This document shows positions 58,929 to 64,000 of a DNA stretch of 64,000 nucleotides, one piece after another. The position numbers and the translations under genes were made by a program. Every line of letters begins with the position of its first letter. Within the stretch, counting starts at the first letter, position 1. Location of the stretch: NCBI GenBank assembly GCA_965215505.1, contig OZ244065.1, positions 3,488,001-3,552,000 of the forward strand. Reading direction: 5' to 3'. This DNA comes from Capsulimonadaceae bacterium (GTDB lineage Bacteria > Armatimonadota > Armatimonadia > Armatimonadales > Capsulimonadaceae). The notes under the pieces were generated by a model. The model was not told the origin of the DNA and did not search any database. It saw only the letters and a list, made by a program, of their open reading frames with translations.

Positions 58929-59819
58929 TCACCGCCCCTTCCTCCCTTTCCCCTGCAACGCCGCCCGCACCGCTGACGCCGACACGCTGGCCGCGACCGG
59001 GTTGCCCGGCGCGTCCGCCCCCGCGCCCAGATGGACGCGGACGCGCATCCCCGGCTGGAGGTCCGCCAGCGCCGCCGCCTTTCCCGCCGATCGGATGCGC
59101 GTCGCCGCGTCTATGGCGACGGTATGCGCCAGGCCCGAGGCGTCCTGGAATGTCAGCAGGCTGAGGTCGGGCCGGGCCTCAGTGATGACGCCGGACAGCG
59201 CGACGGGCCGGGAGGCGGGGCCGTCACCCGTCGGAGCGGGCGCGTCCGGCAGCGCGTCCGAGACGGACACCGCCGCCAGGAGGCCGTTCGCCAGGCCGCG
59301 CGTCGTGACCGTCACGGATGCCCCCGGCCCGAAGGCGGAAGCCGACACCGCCGCGCCGCCCGCCCGGAAGGAGGTGCGCGGCGAAATCAGGACCGGCAGG
59401 GGGACATCGCCGCCGTCCGGCTGCACCGTCCAGACCCTCCCCTCCACGCCCAGCAGGGTGCCGGACAGCGGGCGGCCACGGGCGGCAAGGGCATCGGCCG
59501 TCTCGGCGTCGCAGACCAGCAGGGCCGCGCCGCCCGCGCCGCGCCCCAGCCGCACCCGCAGTGTCTCGCCGGGCATCAGGTCACGCGGCAGGGTGACCAG
59601 CCCGCGCTGCAAGACCCAGGTGGCGCGCGTGAGCTTGACCGTGAGCGCGCGGCCGTCTGCGCCCTGGACTTGGAGGGCGTTCGGGCCTGCCGACAGCAGA
59701 GTGACGGCCAGATCGGAGACGGGCAGGGGCCGCGCGGGCGCGGGTGAACCGCCACGGGCGAGTGAGAAGAGGAGCAGGAATAAGGCCGGCAGGGGCCGGC
59801 GGGACCGTCCGTGGGGCAT
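58929..59819 (-). CDS. Secreted DUF5666-like (OB-fold repeat) protein
   Basis: Three repeats of TV.....T........DL.PG..V.V; signal peptide. Confidence 0.7.
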   Translation of the reverse strand: MPHGRSRRPLPALFLLLFSLARGGSPAPARPLPVSDLAVTLLSAGPNALQVQGADGRALTVKLTRATWVLQRGLVTLPRDLMPGETLRVRLGRGAGGAALLVCDAETADALAARGRPLSGTLLGVEGRVWTVQPDGGDVPLPVLISPRTSFRAGGAAVSASAFGPGASVTVTTRGLANGLLAAVSVSDALPDAPAPTGDGPASRPVALSGVITEARPDLSLLTFQDASGLAHTVAIDAATRIRSAGKAAALADLQPGMRVRVHLGAGADAPGNPVAASVSASAVRAALQGKGRKGR

Positions 59820-59846
59820 GGGGGCATCCTTTCAGTGGTGGGCGTC

Positions 59847-61433
59847 CTACCGCAGAACCGTGTTGCGCTCCACGCCCGCCTTGATCGTCGCCAGGTCCGA
59901 GGCCGTCAGGCGCGGAGCGCCCTTCTGGAGCAGGCGCAGGAAAAGCCTCTCCTCGGCCGCCGTGCCGGGCATCCCCATCGTCTCCGGCCCGTAGACCGAG
60001 TCGCCCAGCTTCTTACCTTGGGGCGTCAGGACGGCGTAGAAGGGGATGGCGTTCCGGCCCCCGTACTTGCGGAACAGGGCCAGGCCGCCGGGGTTCTCCC
60101 AGCCGTTCTTGCCGTGTTCCCAGATGTCCTCCTCCGCCACGACGAACCGGGACCCGATCAGCGGCCTGACCTGGGGGTCATTCAGGAAATGGTGCAGCAG
60201 GAAGCACGGACCGCACCAGGAGGCGTGGAAGTCCAGGAAGACCAGTTTGCCCTCGGCGCGCGCCCGCGCTAGGGCGGAGGCCAGCAGGGCGTTTGCGTCC
60301 GAGCCGTCCCCGTGGTCAGTCCGGTCCGCCTTGATCTCGGCGTCGAAGAGACGCCTCTTGCGGGCGTCCGCCTCCTGATGCGCGACCTGCACCCGGCGCT
60401 GGGTTTCCAGGCCGCCCCCCGCCGGGTCATAGCGGTAGTGGTACACCTGGTTCTCGTAGATGGCCGCCCCGGCGGGCAGGTGGGAACGGATGTCGAACGC
60501 GGCGGCGGGCAGCGGGGCGTCGGTGGCCGCGCTGATTAGGAAATCCACGGTCCGGGCGGGGGCGGGCGTCCCGTCCGCCAGCAGCTCGTCCTCCACCGAA
60601 TGCACCCGCCGGGCGAGCTGGACGCCCTGGAACGGGGCGGGCTGCATGAAGTCCCACTGCTGGAAGGGGCGGCCTGCCCCGTCCACGGTCGCCGCCCGCG
60701 TCACGCGGAGGCCGTCGCCGGTGCCGTCCGTGGAAACCGATCCCCACTGGTAGAGCGGGTCGGGGCGGCCGGGGATGAACTGGCGTGTTTCCAGCACGTC
60801 GCAGGCCAGCCCGCCGCCCGCCTGCGCGGCCTGCGCCCCGGCAGGGGTCTGCGGGGCGTCTCCGCGCGGCGGCTTGACGAGCGGCAGGCTTGGCAGGCCG
60901 ACGCCGGGCAGGAGGATGAACGGCATCCCGCGCCAGCCGTCGTCCATGGTCATGCGCTGCATCTGGGAGGAATAATCGTAGGTCCGGCGGCCGTCATACA
61001 GCACGACCTCGGTGTCCAGCGGCAGCGGGGTGGCCTTGCCCTTCTGGTCGGCGGCGTAGTCCCGGCCCGCCGTCTGGCGGCTGACGCAGAGCAGGCGGCC
61101 CGCCGACCCGGACAGCGTGACCCGGTACTGCTTGGGCGGGTGGGGGGCGCGCTCGCTGCCCTCAATCATCCGCACCATGCCGTCGGCCTGCGCCTGGGTG
61201 CAGCTGCCCGAGGCGACCATGCGGGCGTAGTCCGCCCGGATGTTCGCCGCCCGCGCCGCCTTCAGCGCCGGGGAGCGGACGTCGGTCTCGGTCGCGGTGT
61301 AGGTCAGCGTGAAGCCGTCATGCAGCCGCAGGGCCTGGACCTGGGCGAGCGTGGGCGGCGTCTGCGCGTGGGCGGGCAGGGCAAAGGTGGGCAGGGTGGC
61401 GAGAGCCAGGAGGGCAAGGGCGACGGGTTTCAT
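59847..61433 (-). CDS. Secreted protein with a C-terminal thioredoxin domain
   Basis: Signal AHA-Q; VFLDFHASWCGPC. Confidence 0.85.
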   Translation of the reverse strand: MKPVALALLALATLPTFALPAHAQTPPTLAQVQALRLHDGFTLTYTATETDVRSPALKAARAANIRADYARMVASGSCTQAQADGMVRMIEGSERAPHPPKQYRVTLSGSAGRLLCVSRQTAGRDYAADQKGKATPLPLDTEVVLYDGRRTYDYSSQMQRMTMDDGWRGMPFILLPGVGLPSLPLVKPPRGDAPQTPAGAQAAQAGGGLACDVLETRQFIPGRPDPLYQWGSVSTDGTGDGLRVTRAATVDGAGRPFQQWDFMQPAPFQGVQLARRVHSVEDELLADGTPAPARTVDFLISAATDAPLPAAAFDIRSHLPAGAAIYENQVYHYRYDPAGGGLETQRRVQVAHQEADARKRRLFDAEIKADRTDHGDGSDANALLASALARARAEGKLVFLDFHASWCGPCFLLHHFLNDPQVRPLIGSRFVVAEEDIWEHGKNGWENPGGLALFRKYGGRNAIPFYAVLTPQGKKLGDSVYGPETMGMPGTAAEERLFLRLLQKGAPRLTASDLATIKAGVERNTVLR

Positions 61434-61456
61434 GGTGTGTCCTTCGCGCAGGTGCG

Positions 61457-61594
61457 CCACGGGGCTGAACCCCCGTGCTTCGGTAAAGCAACTCCCCGCC
61501 TTCGCGGCCATCGGACTCAGGAAACGGATGTCCAGCCTCCTCGCCCGCGCAGGCGGGGGCTTGCACTTTTACAGCACGGGGGTTCAGCCCCGTG
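61457..61594. repeat. G-like REP doublet
   Basis: CACGGGGCTGAACCCCCGTGCT...AGCACGGGGGTTCAGCCCCGTG. Confidence 0.8.
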
Positions 61595-61596
61595 AC

Positions 61597-63438
61597 TCAC
61601 CGCACCGGCGTCAGCGTCAGCGACCGCAGGTTCATCGGCTGCCACCCGGCGGCCACCGGATGCACCGACACGGAGGCCGACCCAGCTTCTGGAACTGTCA
61701 AAGTCCCCAGCGTCACCGTCCGGTACTTGCCGTAGTCGCCCGTGTTCGGCGCGGTGCCGGCGACGGATTGCTGGGAAGGCAGGGCGGGCTTCGTGCGGCT
61801 CAGGAGCGCGGTCGCCAACTGCTTGGCCTCATACGCCTCTACCGTGAACGACCCGCTGCCCAGCGCGGCGATCTCCGCCGTCACCGTGAACGTGCCCGGC
61901 TGCGTGATCTTGACCGGCCACTCGGCCCAGTCGGCAGGATTGATCCAGTAGCCCAGGTTGTCGTGGCCCGCGCCCGGCTCGTACTGTACCCCGCCGTGAA
62001 GCTCGGCGTCGGGCGCGGCCAGTCTCAGGACGCCGTTCGCATCCTGGCCGATGTAGACGGGCGGGGGCGGCGTGACGGTCGGCGGCCCGCTGATCTTCAA
62101 GACGACAGTTGAGGAGACGGCGTCCGGGGCGGCACTCGGCACCGTCAGCGTGACGCCGTCCGCGTCGAGGGCGGCGGGCACGGCCCGCCGGCCGTCCAGC
62201 AAATAGGCGGAGCGAACGGCGTTCCGCAGCCCCGGCACGCGCAGCCTGCCATCGGCGGGCCAGTCGAAGACGTGCAGATAGAGGGTCGTGTTCGGGCCGT
62301 CCCTCTTCCGGGTGCAGCGGCCCCAGGGCAGCTTCTTGAACGGCGTGGCCGACGTTCCGTAGACCGCCTCGCCGTTCGTCTTCATCCACTTCCCGACCGC
62401 CTGGAGCCGCTCGGCCTCGGGGGCGGGGATGATGCCCTCCGAAGTCGGGCCGACGTTCAGCAGGTAATTCCCGCCCTTGGAGGCGATGTCTATGAGGTTG
62501 TGCAGCAGCGTCGCCGTACTCTTGAAGTTCGTGTCGTCGGTCTTGTAGCCCCAGGTGTCGTTGATCGTCATGCAGGTCTCCCAGTCCTTGCCGGGGAACC
62601 CGTTCGCGGGGATGGTCTGCTCGGGCGTCTCAGTGTCGCCCGGCACGCCGCCGCCCATGCGGTTGTTGGTGATCAGCCCGGGGTCCTGCCCGAACGAGGC
62701 GGTCAGCAGACGCGCCTCGTCGGGCGTGAACGGGCCGTTGATGTCCCACCACAGGACGGCGGGATGATAGCGGGTGATCAGCTCCGTCACCTGCGGCGCG
62801 GAGACCTTCTTCACATAGGCGTCGAAATCGCCGTTCTGGGCGGGGTCCCAGGCGGGTCCCGCCGTGCCGCCGCCCGCGTGATGCCAGTCGAGGTTCTGGG
62901 AGTAGTAGACGCCGAACTTGATCCCGGCCTTCTTGCAGGCCGCGCTCATCTCGCCGACGGGGTCGCGCTTGAAAGGGGTGCGGGCGTTGATGTTGTAGTC
63001 GTCAACCGCCGTGGGGAACATGGCGAACCCCTCGTGGTGCTTGGCGGTCATGACGATGTATTTCATGCCGGCGGCTTTGGCGATGCCCACCCACTGGTCG
63101 GCATTGAACTTCTCCGGGTCGAACTGCTTGGCATAGGCGGCGTAGTCGGCGACGGGGATGTGGGCGTCGTGCATGATCCACTCGCCGATGCCGCCGACCG
63201 GCTTGCCCCGGTAGCGCCCGGCGGGGACGGCGTACAGCCCCCAATGGATGAACATGCCGAAGCGGGCTTCGCGCCACCACTTCATGCGCGCGTCCCGCTG
63301 GGCCTTGGTCTCGTCCGCGTGGGGGTCGGGGGAGGCGGACGCAGGCGAAACGGCGGGGGGCGTCTGGGCGCACAGGGGGGCGGCGAGCAGGGCGCAGGCG
63401 AGGGCGGCGGCGGCGCACAGATGGCGGGGCGTGTTCAT
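61597..63438 (-). CDS. GH29 alpha-L-fucosidase with a C-terminal CBM-like domain
   Basis: RFGMFIHWG, TAKHHEGF, LWWD, WETCMT, GGNYLLNVGP. Confidence 0.95.
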   Translation of the reverse strand: MNTPRHLCAAAALACALLAAPLCAQTPPAVSPASASPDPHADETKAQRDARMKWWREARFGMFIHWGLYAVPAGRYRGKPVGGIGEWIMHDAHIPVADYAAYAKQFDPEKFNADQWVGIAKAAGMKYIVMTAKHHEGFAMFPTAVDDYNINARTPFKRDPVGEMSAACKKAGIKFGVYYSQNLDWHHAGGGTAGPAWDPAQNGDFDAYVKKVSAPQVTELITRYHPAVLWWDINGPFTPDEARLLTASFGQDPGLITNNRMGGGVPGDTETPEQTIPANGFPGKDWETCMTINDTWGYKTDDTNFKSTATLLHNLIDIASKGGNYLLNVGPTSEGIIPAPEAERLQAVGKWMKTNGEAVYGTSATPFKKLPWGRCTRKRDGPNTTLYLHVFDWPADGRLRVPGLRNAVRSAYLLDGRRAVPAALDADGVTLTVPSAAPDAVSSTVVLKISGPPTVTPPPPVYIGQDANGVLRLAAPDAELHGGVQYEPGAGHDNLGYWINPADWAEWPVKITQPGTFTVTAEIAALGSGSFTVEAYEAKQLATALLSRTKPALPSQQSVAGTAPNTGDYGKYRTVTLGTLTVPEAGSASVSVHPVAAGWQPMNLRSLTLTPVR

Positions 63439-63496
63439 ACGCCATTCTATCACGCGGGCCGGCGGGCGTCAAGCGGGGGGCGTCAAGCGAAGCGCC

Positions 63497-63646
63497 CCGG
63501 CCATGAATGGCCGGCCTACTCGGGAATGAAAGCCGCTCCGCGGCTGAGGACAACGAAGGACGATAGGACAAGGCGCGGCGAGCGGGCGTGGCATATCTTC
63601 AACCCCGGAGGGGTTTTCACTCAACAGTAGCCCGGCCATTCATGGC
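63497..63646. repeat. Family C doublet
   Basis: CCGGCCATGAATGGCCGGCCTACT...GTAGCCCGGCCATTCATGGCC. Confidence 0.85.
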
Positions 63647-63657
63647 CTGGACCGACT

Positions 63658-63897
63658 TCAGGACCAGTGCCTCACCAGATCCACAAGAGCCGCCAGCACC
63701 AGGACCACCGCGATGAGCATCGCCCCCATGAACAGCACCCCCACAACCACGAGGAGCCAGTAGAGGGAGAGGCCGAATACTTCGAGCGGTGTCAGGGGAG
63801 GCAATGGCCCCATGGGCGGGGAAACGCGCGGCGGGGGCGGCCAGACGGGGCTGTGTTCGCCCGGCGCAAGATTGGCGTCTGTCTGGTCGTCGTTCAT
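63658..63897 (-). CDS. Small membrane protein with a VWPPPP motif
   Basis: Pro-rich N-terminus followed by a long hydrophobic segment. Confidence 0.6.
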   Translation of the reverse strand: MNDDQTDANLAPGEHSPVWPPPPRVSPPMGPLPPLTPLEVFGLSLYWLLVVVGVLFMGAMLIAVVLVLAALVDLVRHWS

Positions 63898-64000
63898 CCT
63901 GCTTGCTTTTACCCCTTTTCGGGAACACGCCGACACCACGGCTAAAGCCACACCAGCAGAGACATAACCAGCAAGACGATCAGCGCCCCCGTCGTCAGCA

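Overview
High-GC bacterial chromosome segment. The VPEAST-type PEP-CTERM tail and the 'HLLWDN...GPY' repeats suggest Armatimonadota (Capsulimonas-like), but this is an inference. Most genes are secreted or envelope proteins and CAZymes (GH10, GH20, GH29, SGNH hydrolase, serine hydrolase, TPR proteins, three PEP-CTERM proteins), plus a SigB/F-type sigma factor, a PAS-GGDEF-EAL protein, decayed toxin-antitoxin loci and a NotI-family restriction-modification pair. Two things stand out. (1) An intact, compact Mu-like HEAD-ONLY operon (41782-47691: cement, protease, holin-like, major capsid, head completion, NlpC/P60 hydrolase, portal). It has a consensus sigma70 promoter and no terminase, tail, transposase or replication genes, and host repeats enter it only at non-disruptive sites. 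It is a candidate domesticated GTA-like or capsid system. (2) A dense, multi-family set of REP/REPIN-like hairpin repeats. One family brackets a solitary IS200-type HUH transposase (22948-23373). Several families share a TGAA-loop hairpin, nest inside each other, show stuttered ends and have entered coding frames. Five genes show single-base homopolymer frameshifts, probably sequencing errors. No rRNA, tRNA or CRISPR array was recognised.
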